Assembly (NCBI GenBank): GCA_036172245.1
Contig: JAYWIR010000007.1
Span: 682,001-746,000 of the forward strand
DNA length: 64,000 nt
Origin: Raillietiella orientalis
Taxonomy: Eukaryota
Reading direction: 5' to 3'
The notes beneath the pieces were generated by a model. It saw nothing but the letters and a program-made list of their open reading frames with translations. It was not told the origin of the DNA and did no database searches. A program made the translations under genes and the position numbers. This document shows, piece by piece, positions 38,850 to 52,701 of the stretch (the first letter of the stretch is position 1; every line of letters starts with the position of its first letter).

Positions 38850-40200
38850 CGCTGGAGGTGAGTAGCGGCTGATCAGCGGTGAGGTCTTCCCCTTCGAAGT
38901 AGAGATGGGACGACTTGGGTGAGCGGTCAGGGGAACCACCTCCCTTCCTTCGAGTTGGGTGGCGCGAGAGAATTGATGGTGGATGCTGGGTGCGTCGGAA
39001 GAGCGCTGCCGAGACTGGTTGTGATTGCAGAGGTCATCGTGGACCTGAGGCTGAGACGGAACAAGGAGTCACCCTGCATTCATCTTCTTTGTCAGGAGGA
39101 GGACAGAGAAGCTGGTGGTGGGTGACTCCTGATGGTGGGGGGTAGAGATGTGGTGGTCGCAGAGGGGGAACTTGATTGTTGGGCTTACCGGCAAGGCTCT
39201 TATTTATGCCAGCTCAGGGGAAGGAAGTTCCCAGAGGGCCACTCACCAGTCAGAGTCCAGCTGACTGCCCACGGTAAAGCACCAGTTTGCCTGAACACTG
39301 CGTCGTGTAGACCCCTTTACTCACACTACAGCGTAGTAAAGGGGTGTATATGACGGACCCGGCCCACCGACCGATAGCCCCTCTTTAGACTGTAGGAACA
39401 AGGATGCCATGCAAAAGCACCGTTAGGAACAGAATGGTCGCCAGCCAGGCAACTACCACTTCCCCGCGTCCCTTCCGCAACGACCCTCTCTCGACTGCTC
39501 CAGGAATCGCTTCTCGGACGCCCTCGTTTTCGATCCGAGGTCCAAACAGGATGGCTCGTGGGTGAGGGCAAAAACCCTTGTCTCTCGCGTACTGAGATTC
39601 GCTACCCCGCCACCAGCAGGAGCCACCTGTGCTTGCTTCTCCCTGCGGGAAACAGAAGCATTCGGGGTGATCCTGCAGCTCTGCGACGTCGCCAGGTCTC
39701 CAGCTTCCTCCTCAGCGCCTAGAGACACATGTGACCACGACGGAGCAGGTTCTTAGTGCCGAGGAAAGTGTCTCTGTGGTCTCCTGGGGGTCCACGATAG
39801 ACTCTGAACAAGCGATCATGATAGACTTTTCCTTCCATCACCGCGTCGTGGCTGCATCCAGTGCTGTGGTTCGTACCCGGATGGCAGCTGGAACGGATGG
39901 ATTCTTCATCGATCTCGAGTGAGCAGCTCTCCCGATGCTGCTGCATTCTGGAGTCGAGAAGCGGAAGTGAGGAACGGTTTGATTCAGCGACGTGGTTCAG
40001 GGGGGAGGGTCGATCGGTTCGGTGTTCCTGCAGGGAGCGGCCGGACAGCCTCTTCAGGACGCGGGCAAGTCCCGTCCTCTGCGGCCTGAAAGGGGTCTTC
40101 CGTAACAGCAACCACAGCCGGCTCGCCTGGAAAACCAGCGTCCGACGAGTCTCGCTGGGTCTTTTTCGAGCTCACGGGCTGCACAGTCCGCGAGCGTAAG
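38850..40200 (-). mobile_element. Degenerate CR1/L2-type LINE remnant (ORF1 end plus AP endonuclease)
   Basis: Endonuclease-like motifs in correct order across frameshifts: VVVTCVS (i-x-v-s-E-T-W region), RREKQ...GGGVA, CLAGDHSVP...W (GDFN-like) and PLCDHHI (SDH-like). Confidence 0.55.
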
Positions 40201-40560
40201 AGTGCGAAAAACGCCTCGGGAGAGCTTGGAGCAACCAGTCGTCTCCTGACTCCACCAGCGTCATGCCGAGTCTCTGTGACACCACACACGCAGAAAAGCC
40301 GTTGGCGGTTTGAGCTATCCAAACCGTTGCCAGGGCGCGCTGCCGAGATGCAGCTGCTTTGCTGGTTCGGTAGCATTGTAGTAACGGATGCCTGCCAGTT
40401 GATACTGGCTGCATGACCGCCAAAGTGTCGTACTTGTTGCTTCCCGACCGAACCCAAAGAGCGGACACAAACGAGCGTATGCCACGCGTTGCTCGCACAG
40501 AGACTCGCACGCCACTGTCAGGCCTGGTGCACCCTCTTCGTAGCCGGCACAACGCTCTAC
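40200..40560 (-). mobile_element. Possible 3' remnant of an R1/LOA/I-like LINE ORF2 (C-terminal CCHC)
   Basis: RPGNGLDS...FCVCGVTETRH resembles the G-H-G...C-x-C-G...E-T-x-x-H motif. Confidence 0.4.
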
Positions 40561-43500
40561 TTCAGAAGAAGGGAACCTCCTTTGGCATTTTCCGAGCACC
40601 CCCGCTTGCTCGACGACTCAGAGTCGTAGTCCACTCAGTCGGCTGTCGCCATGCAGTCGTCACTCGGGGCTATGGTCTCCAGCTTCGCCTGCTTCGTATC
40701 CAGCTCCGCCATTGTTGTTTAAGGACTGGTCTGGAAAGCCTGTGTGGAAGAGAGTGCATGTGTGGTCTAGCGTGATCCAGAGAGTGGTCTCTGGGTGGAA
40801 GACTTTGGCGGACGGGTTCACTTCAGCGGCTCAGGACCTGGGAGTTTTCATCATTTGGCCGGACCTCGCTAAAGTCAGGGAGCCATTTGTCACTGCCGGG
40901 ATTCAATTTCGCGGTTCTCCTCTTGGCAGTTAGAGGGGGACACATCTTTCGGGTCGAGCCTGTCTTCTCGCGCTCCAGCGCGTTGCTCGGGGCTAAGGGT
41001 TGGAGGCTTCACCCCTGGCGACTTGACCACGTAGGTCCGCGCTCGTTTGGTTAGCGGTGCATCCAGCAGATGTCCCGGCCGTATCGGGTGTTGGACGACT
41101 CCGTAAAGCGCACCTCGCACGCCCATCCTGGAGCATTGAGATGAAGCTAGGGTGAGACGAGTTGCCTTTCTTCCGGGTGCGAGGGCGGCAGTGCCCCGAA
41201 CATCGTTTCCGCGCTTCCCTCCGAAAAGGGGACGGAGGCGTGGTATCGACTCGCTCTCCCTAGCACCCTTCCCGCCAAGTCCGGGAACACGCGTTGCTGC
41301 CATAGCCAGTGGGCCGCACGCGTTCCCTTTTGCAGTTCCAGGGGAAAAAACATTCCCGAAGTTTTCCTGGATTCGTCGGTACCATGCGGCTACGGAGATT
41401 TTTCGAGAGAACTTTCTGGAACAGCGCCCATGTTCCATTACCGGGGAAGAGAAAGAAGGAGGAGAAGCGAATAGAACGAGGTCTGGAGCTCTCGCGAGTG
41501 TCCCTCACGGAAAGACACTAAAGGCAGTCGATGTGTGCACTCCCTGCTTTTGAGGTCGCCAGCCCATTATCAACTCTTCGGATCGACTCCTGAACAATGG
41601 AATTCGCAGATGGGATGCGGCGCGGACACCATCCTTCTCTTCCTTATCTTCCGGCAGCCAAGGCTTCCGGAGACCTTTGATTGGATCTCGGAATGACCAG
41701 TGAATGCTGCAGTGAATCCAATGACCGTTCCAATCCGTTGGGATACAAAGAAAACGATTAAAAAAAAAAAAGGGAAGGTAAAAAAAAAAATAGAAGAAGG
41801 AAATCCGGGAACGGGGAGTGAGGGGGGAGGGAACTTGCCACCTCGCGTTTCCCGGCATGCATGGAGAAGCTGAAGTGGCGTCCCGCAATCTTCCTGGCAG
41901 CCTCCTGCGGAACAGTGCTCGGTCAGTGCCTCTTCCCGGGGAAGCACTGACCGAGCCGCCGGGAAGGCGGAAGTTCCTGGAGGGAGACGTCGCTCGGAAG
42001 GATCCGTGTCCAGAAGCTTCGCTGTTGCTCAGCCGCGGACGAGATCGGCCCGCTGCTCCCCTCTCCTCTCCCCTTCTTCCCTCGAGTATCCTGCCTCAGT
42101 GACTGCTCAGGACGAGGCTGCAGACGCCCCAGATGCAGTACGAAGACTCCCCGGAACGGGAGGAAGGCAACCACTCTCTTGGGTTCCCCGGGCGACTCCA
42201 TCTCCCCCTTTCCTTCCCCCTGGCGGACCTGTGTCCTCCGGGCAAACGAGCGAACGGTGCGCTCTCCCGAAAGGAGAACTGAGAGTCCCCTAGTCGAGAT
42301 CGTCAGGGGGCACGTCAGAGTCAACGCCGGTTGGTCCAGGGCCGATCGAAGATGTCCGGCTTCCTGGTGCACCAGAAGTCTTGGTTCCCGCTGCGATCCC
42401 GAACCGGAAAAGCGAAGGCGTTGGCAGGATTCCGAAGAGCAGCCGCCTGTGACGACGGAAGTCGTTCCAGAAAGTTCTGTCGAAATCATCTCTTCCGGAT
42501 CTCGAGCACCTGCGTGCCTAATCCCGTAAAATTCCGGGAATTTTTCCTCCCTGAAAACACAGGGAGGATGCCTCGCCTGATACCCCAGGCTCCTTTTCTG
42601 AAGGAAGGCACAGTTGCGGAGGAAAAGCCGGGTGCTCGCCGTCAGCGGCTCTTCTTCCTTTCTATTCCACATTCCTTCTCTGGCGCTCTCGTCGCCAGTC
42701 GAACGGAAGTGGACCACTGCTGATGCCATCACCCTTCAGAACTCTCCTGCTCGAATCCACGTCTCTCACTTCGAACTGCTACTCCCTTTACTTCTTGTTC
42801 CCTATTCCTGACTTCTAAAAGGACCCCTTAGCCTCCTCCAAGCGAGCCGCAGGGCGCCAGCACCGTCCGCAAGGTCCTAGGGCTCTCGCCGGCGCTCTCC
42901 GGTGTTCTCGAAACAGGGGGTCACGAAGAAGTCGTGATAGAAACTCACAGAGGAAGGACTGAACTCGTCTTTCCCACCTGCGCCTGCCCCAGCACCCTCA
43001 GGGCTTTGGGCGACTCTTTCACCCTTTGTCGGTGGATCCTTGCGACGAGTCCTCCTTGGACGCTCTGTGGGAGCCCCAGGGGGAACGGGAGATGATGGCG
43101 AAGAGACAGAGGGAGCTGCTGAAGTCCTAAACCCTCCACTCCCCCAGAAGTGCGAGGTTTCGCCCCTTTTCCTCAACCGTACAACTTCCCTAAGAACGTT
43201 TCCCTGCAGTGGATGGAGAAGACGGGCGACCGGCGAGTGAAAGTCTGGGCGTTTCTGGGAGGGACTCTCTGGCGCCAGGGAGGATGAACGCCGCCTGGCT
43301 CTCTCGGAGACATCCCGGTCTGCGGAATCCGAGGACCCTCGCCCCGATTTCCCAGGGGACGACGCCTCGGAAGGAACCATCCCTCCCTGAAGATCGTTCG
43401 GCAAAAACATGCGGGGCTATACATCGGACCCCACCTTGCCCTCCTTTTCGCTCGACGAATCATCCAGCTCGAAGCTCCGCGGGAAGATCTTCCCCCTCTT

Positions 43501-46500
43501 CCCCTCCTTGTCTGATGCCTTTCGGAGAAATGCGATTGGCGCTGAGGATGCGCCGCTCGCGGCCAGGTCGCGTCGGTCACGAAACACCTGTGGGAGGGTG
43601 AAGTGTCTCGTCCCTTTCTTCCCAGTAGAAGGGATAGAAGGCACCGGGGAACCTGGGTGGGGGGACTGGAGGACACACAGCAGCTACCGAACCCAGGAAG
43701 GGAGACGACGGACGGGCTGGGCTGGGCGAGGGCTGATCGGACCGGGAAGGAAAAAAGGTAGGAATCGCATTTAGGGATTGAGTCCCCACGGATTCAGGGG
43801 AGGGAGGGGAAGGCGCCGGTAGAAGTTGAGGGATTCCCTCTCTCCATCAGCGGAAAGCGTTCCTGCCGGAGCGCAGTGATGGTCACGGCTGCACCCTCCC
43901 AATACGGGGATCTCACAGGGTGTCGTTCGAAGCGCATCCTGGGAATCAATAGCGTTCGGGATTCCTTGGAACTGAATCCCCGGGGTACCCTCTAATCGAA
44001 TTCTATTTCTTAGATTCCTGTGGACGATACTCCACAGCGGCCGGCGAAACTTTCGGCATTACCAGAGCCCCGCAGGAGAGAAGGAAACTTGCCCGTTCCG
44101 CTCCCGCCCGTTCCCGGTTCTCTTCCGCGGCCATTCATCAGGGGGGGAGCCCGATAATTTCATCTTGGCCTCGAGATCAAAAAAGTTAATAAGCAGACGC
44201 GTGCGAGGGAGTGCGCGAACCCGGTGGAAGCAGGGAGCGAGGAGCGGGAAGCAGAGGGGGGTAGAGGAGTAAGGGAGACATGGAGATCGAGATCCGCCTC
44301 TCGAGTCCGCGCCAAGAAGACGAGGGCATAGTGAAGAAGGGGGGGGGGGGAAGAGAATAGGAGGAGGAGGAAGAGGAGAAAGGAGGAGAGAGGAAGGGAG
44401 GGAGATGGCCGGGAAGTTCGGGATTTCCCGTCCTGTGATTCCGGATCAACAAAAAAAAGGGTCAGAAGAGAGGGGGAGCTTTCAGCCCCGCGGCCATGAG
44501 CGAGGAGCACCGATCATGCCCATGCTCACTGCAGGGCTCCGAGCGCTCCGTCCTCTGCTTCCGGAGCATCGGAGGCGGTTACGATAGTGGGCAACCTCTC
44601 TTCCTGCCTTCCCTCTTTGGCGCGGACCCTTCTGCTATCGGAGGCAAGTCAATGCACGAAAGAGACTGAGGGATGCGGCCTGCTGGAGGTCCTCAGAGCG
44701 CGGCCCTAGGGACACCCCGACAAACTTCCGGTGGAGCGGGAATTTCCCGAAGACGGGACGGCGGCGGCTCCTCGGGCTCTCATGGAGACGGTTCGAGGTT
44801 TCAAAGTCCGCGACCTTCCGGTTCCTGCAGGCGGGACACGGACCCGAGCGCGCAGGTCCTCGTGGACGCCCACGCGGGGAAGGAAAGTCTGTGCACTCGG
44901 GGATTTGCGGATGTACCGGGGTTTCACGCCGGATGTCGCTGCCATTCCCCTGCCTTGTCCGCGCTGCTGAGAAGCACACACGACCCAGATGACTTCCCCT
45001 CCCCGTTCCCCTTCAACTCTTCCATCTTCCCTCCCCCCTCCTCCTCCTCTCGTGCCTCCAGGAGAACCTGCCCCCGTGCCGCTGCAACGACGCCTCCCTG
45101 CTGTCGTCTTGCCAGATGCGCGTGCGAAGGAGAAGGGACGCAGAGGGAGGGTGTGGGCAGGTAGGGGTCGTGCTGGCGGTACCAACGAGTGGATCGTCGG
45201 CCGCTGCCAGTTCAGTCCGGTGGCATCCCCTGGGATGCGTGCTGAGATCCCGGAACACGCCCCGTGAGAAGGGCGGTGACTCCTGAAAACGCGCCGCCCC
45301 TCCCACACAGAGAGGAGATCGCCCGCCTGAAGAGAAGGCGACGCACGCCCTGCACGCACACCGCGGCACAGCGCGTGCGAAACGGGGAAACCTCAAACGG
45401 AGGCGCGGAGCTTCTTCGCGAGTGAATTCTTCCCGGAAAAGGAATAATACCAACTGTCTTCCCACCGACCGCTTCCCGGTTCCGCGCCTCGCAAGCACGA
45501 CCTCTTCTCTTCCGCTCGCTCTTCGCCACCTGAATCGATAGCACGGACGAAGAAGCGTCGTCGGATGCGTTTCGCTACACGACGCAGCCCACGCGATCCC
45601 AGGATGCCAAACTCCGGCGCACCGCTCCCTCATCACCCCTCACCCCCTTTTCCCTCTTTTTTCGTCTTTCCGGGGTCCGAAAGATGCGGGCGGGTGTCGC
45701 TGCCGCGGTCGGTTATCCCGTGAGACGGATGAGGTGCTGTCCGGGTGATATCTTCTTTTCCTCCTTACTTCTCTTCCCAGGGATGCCCGAGGAGCACCGC
45801 AGAGCGCACCATCCCCCTCCCTTGGTCTCCCATCTACCTGCATGCGCAGCGCGCCGTCCCATTCTCCATCCCCCTCCTTCTCCATCCTGGACCTGGCCGA
45901 AGGATTCGCCGCGATGCCCCGTCGGCGCAGTGGCGAGGTGCATCGATCCATCGACCGCCGACACATCACGTGGACGGCGGCAAGTCGCGTGCCGACTCCA
46001 GACCGCGGAAGAGACGGAGGTCAAGGATGCATTCTGGCGCCAGAGACCCCGACATCCTCCGGAAAGCGCGGAAGAGAGAGAATTCTTGCGCAGGAGCTGG
46101 CAAGAAACATCTCTGCCATCTCTGCTTTCTCATAGTCTGGGGATGTTCAGGAGACGCCCCAGAACGATCAGGCGGAACTCCTCTCCTCGCGGATCGACTT
46201 GCGCCCTTCAGAACTGCCTGATGCCATTGCCCACAGTCTCCTCCAGCTCAGGAGGAGGAGAGGAGGAGAAAGGGAAGAGGAAGGGAGGAAGGAAGGAGGG
46301 GGAGGAAGAGAAGAGGAGAACCCAGAGCTTCCCCCTTCCACCTTCCGCTCTGGGTACCTAGAGACTATGACGCATGTGCGAGCCGATTGGCTCAGCCCCC
46401 TGCGCTGCGAAATTGTAGCCTCAGAGAGTGGGCCGCTGCTGCCACAGACTGGCCTTCGGTCGCATCTCCCTTTCCCATAGGACACGCGAGCGTTCTGCTA

Positions 46501-49500
46501 TCCCAAGCGTCGGTATGCCAGTCAAAAAAAGGGGGAAGAAGGAGACAGGAAGAAAAAAAAAAAAGGAAAAGAGGGGTAGTCCGAATTCCTGGAGCATCCG
46601 TCATCCCACCCACCCCGCCTGCGTGTTTCCTCCTTCCGCCCTTTCTCTCCTCCTCCCCTCTCTCCTCCGCAGCTTCCCGAATGGCGGCGCCAGCCCACGA
46701 CTGGCAAGCAAACCAGCCGGAGAGAAAGTTTGTTTCTCAGAGGGAAGCAAACAGAGGAGGAACCCTCGGGAAACTTCCCGTTCCAGGAATCTCATTACGA
46801 CTCTCCCCTCGGCGCGAGCCGCGCCCGCGCGCTCTCTCGCGGTCGCGCTCACACGTGACCGGAATCGCACAGCCCCGCGCCGCGTGAGGGGGCGCTCCCT
46901 CGCAGCGCCGCTGGGCCCGTTTTGAGGAACCCGGCCGCATTTCGTGAGGGAAGGGAAAGGTGCCGGGTCTTCCATCCATCACCGGGACTCATTGATTTCA
47001 GGAATGATCCGACACATGCCTTCAGCAGAGGTAGCGTGCATTCCGCGCCAAAGAAGCGAGGAAGAGGAGGAGGAGGAAGAGGACATTTCCCGTGCTTTCA
47101 CGAGGACGCGTGATGCATCCGATGAACTGGGGAGGGAAGAAGGCGGGAAGGGACTCGGCTGGAGCGAGGGATCTTCCCGATCGGATAGAAGCTCGCGCGC
47201 GCTTCTTCCAGGCAGCCGTTGCAGTCCCTCTTGCCCTCGCTCTTGCCTCCTGCTAGCATCACGTGGGGTGACGCTTGCGAGAGAGGGAGTGCCGCAGAAG
47301 GGACGGAGCGTGCCGCCCGAGTTCAGCGGGATGGGCTCCTCCCCTGCCTTCTTTGCCGGCCGCTTGGCGGTCCCATCCGACTACCTTTGCAACCCAACGA
47401 AGAGGGTCCGGAGAGCACTCCGAAGGGGATAGCAGAGGTGGATAAACGAGCTGTACGCCTACAGCACACATGACTTTGTACATCAGCAGCCGATGCCTGA
47501 TCGCAGTATCGCACACTTCATTGCTGCCCAGCATGTTTGCCCCGATAAACCCACGAGGGATGCCCAAACCCCGCCAACTACCAGGGAGCTCCAACCTGGA
47601 GGACGTCGTCCCTGGCAGCCTCACTTTCGCAGGATGATTTCCAGCTCCAGGGGCGAAGTTTGGGGAGAAACCCGGCAGAGACGCTCGATGGGAAGTGCGC
47701 GAGCAGGGTGTCCGGAATGGCCAGGACCGACGAGCGCAGAAGGGCAGGAGCCTCGTCCGCACGTCGTGCGAGGTGGCGCACGCACGAGCGGGAGGATCCT
47801 GGCGGAGGCTCTCGGAAGCTCGTGGGGCAGGAGGCGTCCGCTTCCCGAAAGCGGGTGGCGCGTCCCGCTCCCCATACTCTCGAACGACAAGCCGGTCGTC
47901 AGTGAGACCCGACAGCAGCTTCACCTCCTGCTTGGCACCCTTTTCCCTCAGGAAGGACCTCCTCCTCCACGCTTCTCCCCTGTCCTCATCCGGTAGCATT
48001 TTGGAGGCTCTCGAGAGCAGAGACGGGCCCACGCAGGAAGCTCCTTTGGGATGGCTGCGCCCTGGTGAATGGACGGCCATTCTCAGCCAGCTGCGACCGA
48101 AGACGACCAAGACTCTCCGGCTGTCGCTGACCTTGAGCTCCTCGGTGTCTCTTGTTCCTCCTCCCACCTCACCGTCCTCCGTCACCTACACGCTCCCGGA
48201 GAAAGGTGTTCCCGTCCACCGGATGAGCGTGGGTGGGAGGTCGGATGTGGCGCTCCCGAGTTAGGTTGATGCGGTCCATGGCTAGGCGGTTCGAGAAGAG
48301 ATTGCACAGGATGGATCGAATCTGGATGGGATCACCTTGGATCCAAGGATGCAGTCCAAAAGTCGAATGTCGACGTCCCAAGTCGAGCGGCCAGGGATTG
48401 AAGTCCGTAGTTCCGCTGCCGTGCTGCTACTCACAGCAGCCTTCGCGGGATGAGGACAGCGCGGCGGAGCGTCGTCCGTACGAAAGGGGGGTTGCCACGC
48501 GACCGTTCAGGCCAAGGGATATCGGTAAGGAGTGAGAGGAGGAGAGGAGCTCATGGAAGTGCGACTCACGGGATCGGAGAGGAAGAGTGGGGGGAACAGG
48601 GGTGAGGATAGGAAGAAGGGTCGAGGCACGTGAGGAAACGGGATGAACCCACGGTATCCCTCGTGCCCTTTGGATCCACTGGATCTTCCTTCGGGTTTCC
48701 ACGGCTCCGGTCTTCCCGGAGAAGAGAGTGCTCCAGAGAACGCGCGTCGCAGCCACACCTCCCGCATCCTCCGCAACAGGTGCGAAAGGGCTTCCTGTAG
48801 GGGCTTACCGGTCAAGACCCCTTTCTGTTTATCAGAGCGCGAAATCTGATGAACAGAAATTCTCTCTGCAGGGACTCGACTAGGAGAATCTCCAAGGAGA
48901 TTTTCTTCGTCCTAGCGCACGCCTGCTTAGCAGCGTCGGTTGAACGCGCGATGAAGGCGTTTCCCTCAGCGGCGATGTTGTCTCTTGGAAACGGTGCCTC
49001 CACCGAGACGGAGCAAACAGAAGCTGGGGTGGAGATTGGGTGGAGCAACGGGACCATACGGAAGTCCCAGGAGGGCATAATGCACCTCCACCTTCTCCTC
49101 CTCCTCCTCGCGTCTCCGATTGGTGGCGGCAGGGGGAGCCGTGAAAGAGCGATGCCATGGTTTCTGCTGCGGCCCTTCGGACCAGAAGGAGACTTGCAGA
49201 TCCGGATAGCAAAGAACGAGGGTCCCTGCCTGCATTCCATGGAGATCCACTCCATGGGCACCCCACCAGGGCTCCCAGATTGCGGAAGGTGGAAAACTTC
49301 CTCGGGCGCCCCGGGGAACCTGACGACCACAAAAGTCCCTGTCTTCTCCAATCTTCCACACTCGTCCTTGCCCGCCTTTTGTAGCCTCCTTCAGCTTTTG
49401 TTGCTGCACTCGAGCTGCGCGAGCGCGCGTTCCCGCGCCGTCGCAGGAACGCGCGCGTCCTCTCGGGGACCCACAAGTCAGTCCGACGGGAGCTTCGTTC

Positions 49501-52500
49501 CTTCCTTTCCCTCCTTCACATGTCCATGCCAGGTCCTTCCGGGTCGCGCTGATCCCCTGTGGCGGGGGTGCAGATCCCGCGACCATCTTCCTTGCTGGTC
49601 CTGCTTTAGCCTCCGGCGCTTCGTCCCCGGGCGAACTCACGATGCCCCCGCGTTCGGCCCAAGCCCTCCTCTTGTCTCTCCCCTTCCGTCCCAGGGCAGT
49701 TCCTTCCGATTCGGATCATCCTCTGCCGGTTTCTAAAGCCCTCGTTATGTGAGTCCCTCGACTCTGGTGACCGGGAAAACCCAGACAGACGACAGCTCTG
49801 AAGACGCGAGCAAATCCCCTTGGGGACCGCATGGCTACCCTCCCGGAAGCCCACGGAACAAAGAGGGAGTTGTTGGCTATGAGACGCCTGATCGAGAATC
49901 ACCTGGACGGAATAAAGAGGGCTCCTGATCCAGTGCGAAGGAGATCTCCGGCGGCATCCTCCAGCTACCCATGCGCGATTCCCGAGAGAGTGGTCCCCTT
50001 TGGCAGCCCGAGCAGGGAGATCTCCCTGATTCGAAGGAGGAGGGCGCCCCCATTCTCTGGGTTGCAGGCGAATGGAAATGGACGCGCCCTACGCGGCTCA
50101 GCAGGAGCAGTCTATTCCTCGGTCCGGACCGCCGGTCCGGTGGCGAAGCGTGGTAACCAGGCAATCACTGCCACCCGTATCTCCTCGAAGACTCCCTCCC
50201 GTCCCTGGGGATCGCGGGTAGTGGAGCCCCTCAGCGAGGTCAGGCCCTCGCGCCTCGGTGGGGACATTTTTTTCTTCCTCCGGCCCTTTTCCCTTATCAC
50301 GGATTGTGGGCAGGGAGTGAGCGGGCAAAGACGCGGTCGAGCTCTTCCTCCCTTCAGCGTCCGGCGATCGGCGTTTTCGCTCTACCCGCGCGGCGAGAAG
50401 ACGGCGCTCCGGTCGTTCCTTCCCGGAGGGGGAAGGCGACGGTTTTTCCTCCCGCACTGGGTAATCGAATCCGGGAGCGAAAAATGCCGGACTCTGCCCC
50501 TGGGGGTCGCTGCCTCCTTGGGGGCGCAGGTCCGTCGCAACTCCGGTCCCCCACTCTGAGATGCTGTTGCTCTCCGCATTAATCCGATGACGGCGATCAA
50601 TCTTTGATGAAGCTGCCCTGGGGACTCCGGGCGCCATCCCAGGAGGCCAGTGCCGCATCCTTCCCTTCCTTCCCCCCTATTTCTGGAGGAGATCCGAGAC
50701 GCAGCACCTCCGTTTCGGAGTGGGGGAGGGAAGGGAGGTGGGTTGGCCTGCGCGGTTGCCCCCTCCTCTAGACCGGCCTCTCTGGGAGAGGCGCCGGGAG
50801 CGCCGGCAGGGGTCGGTCCTTCCTTTGCAGAAAGGAAGGATGAGCGTCGAAGTCCAGAGTCTCTCTACATCGGTAGGATCCTGCAAGGAGTGCCCGGTCA
50901 TGAGGGGAGGGGTGAAGTGGTAACGGGGGTCTCCTTCCCCGGCTAGCACCACCCCAACGTCTCCTCTTCAGCTTCCTTCTTCGCTCTAAGCACGCGCGGC
51001 TTCCGCGAGCTCGGCGGGAGCGCGTGCTGTAGGGAGGGAAGGGGAGCAGAGACATTCCTGGAAGTATGGGGGTGGGTGAGCAGCCAGACTGAGGGTCACG
51101 GAAGAGTGGCCAGGATCAGAGGAAATCGGCGAGCAGTTCCCCTTTCCCCCTCACGATTGGAATTTCAGGGCGGGAGCGGGACTGGGAGTACCCCGTTCCT
51201 TAGCAACTCGGGAAGCCGAGCGAGTGGAGAGTCCCTTTCAGGAGTCTCCTCTCCGCTTCCGGAAGGCCGGCGTCTTCCTTGCGCGCGTTTCCCTTGCCTA
51301 GAGCGTCCTCCTTCTCCTGGAAGAGACGGCCGTCAGGAGAGGGCGACGGCGGGTGGCCAAAGGAGAAAATGAAAAAAATTCTGGACACCAGTGCTGTTTC
51401 TCCTCCGGCCGAGACGAAGGAGGACCGGGATGCGCGGGCGCGCTTACTCCACTTCCTCCCCCTTTCCCACTACTGCCGTTGCTGAGGAATGCTTTTGCAG
51501 CAGCAGCGGCGCCGCGCGACGAGGGCGCCGATCGATCGGGGGCGCCACCTTCTGTTCCCCGAACCTTCCCACGGGAATTCTTCCCAGTCCATCAAGGAAG
51601 GAACCTCCGCTGTCATTGCTCGTTCGCCTTGCGAAAGAAAGGGAGAGAAGGGGGGGAGGTAGAGGAATTTTCCCTTCGTTTCCCAGCGGCTCCTCCCTCT
51701 TCCCAGAGCGTTTCCGATCCCTCCCTCCGACTTTGGCTTCCAGCGAGGAGTGACCCACGACCCGGAAGCTCTCCTGGCCTTCCCCGAGACAGCAGGGACC
51801 ACAGGAAGTGTGCAATGCAGCTGGACGGGCCCGCTCCAGCTCCATCCCTGCCATTCCCTTAGCGCTTCCCGAGGTTGGTCGACTTCTGGAGAGGCGCTCC
51901 CTCGCTCCCCTTTTCCCTCATCCCCGCCGTCCTGGGACCCTGCACAGTTTGACGGCGAGGAAGGGAAGTGAGAAAGGGACGGAGCGCCTCTCTGGCCCTC
52001 TCTTTCCTCTCCGCCCTGTCCCGCTTATCCCTCCGGGTGGGCGGAACAGGGGTCGACCGCTCCCGGAGAGTCCCTCCTCTTCCCTGGGCTGCGTAGACCA
52101 CCTGCAGTGCGGTCGCCGAGGTGGTCCGAGAAAATGCTCATAGGTTATGACATGTCGGGATGGGGTCTGTTGGGAAGTCTGGGGAGGAACTGCTCCTTCA
52201 GCCGAGAGGGCGAGGCCCCCTCCACGCGGTGCTGAAAAGGTTCGCAGATTCCTGAACAGGACCCTCGCTTGGTCGGGGAAGCTGCACGCGGTGCCCCTTC
52301 CCCCTTCTTCGGCTAGGAGCAGCCTGAAGAGAAGGACGGTGAGATGGAGGAGGATCACCCTCTTTGCTCGGAGGGAGGTGGGAGAGGAAGGGTCGTGGAG
52401 TTTTTCGGGCATCGGAAAATTTTTTTCAATTGCATTCTCCCTCTCCCAAGGCCCTTTCCCCATTTTGAGGTCATCATCGCTCCCTTCCCCCCTTTCCTTC

Positions 52501-52701
52501 CCAAGTAGGTCGGACCTGAGACTCTGGTCGTCTCTTCCCCGCCCTCGAAAAGTGGGTCACTCTTTCCTTCCCCGAGAGTAGAAGCGGGAAAACAAAGGAG
52601 GTAAGGGGTACTAGGAGGGTTCTGTGAGACCTGGGGACCTCTCCCCGTGAGGGGCGAGAATAGTGGTGTGGAAGTCGTCGCTGCCCGAGGGGGTGACTCA
52701 C

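Noticed and set aside
52100..52231. Phase-1 exon candidate giving LL-APR-GGGLAL as TM2
   Set aside because: The continuation (SAEGAVPPQTSQQ) is hydrophilic and lacks the G-x-S selectivity filter.
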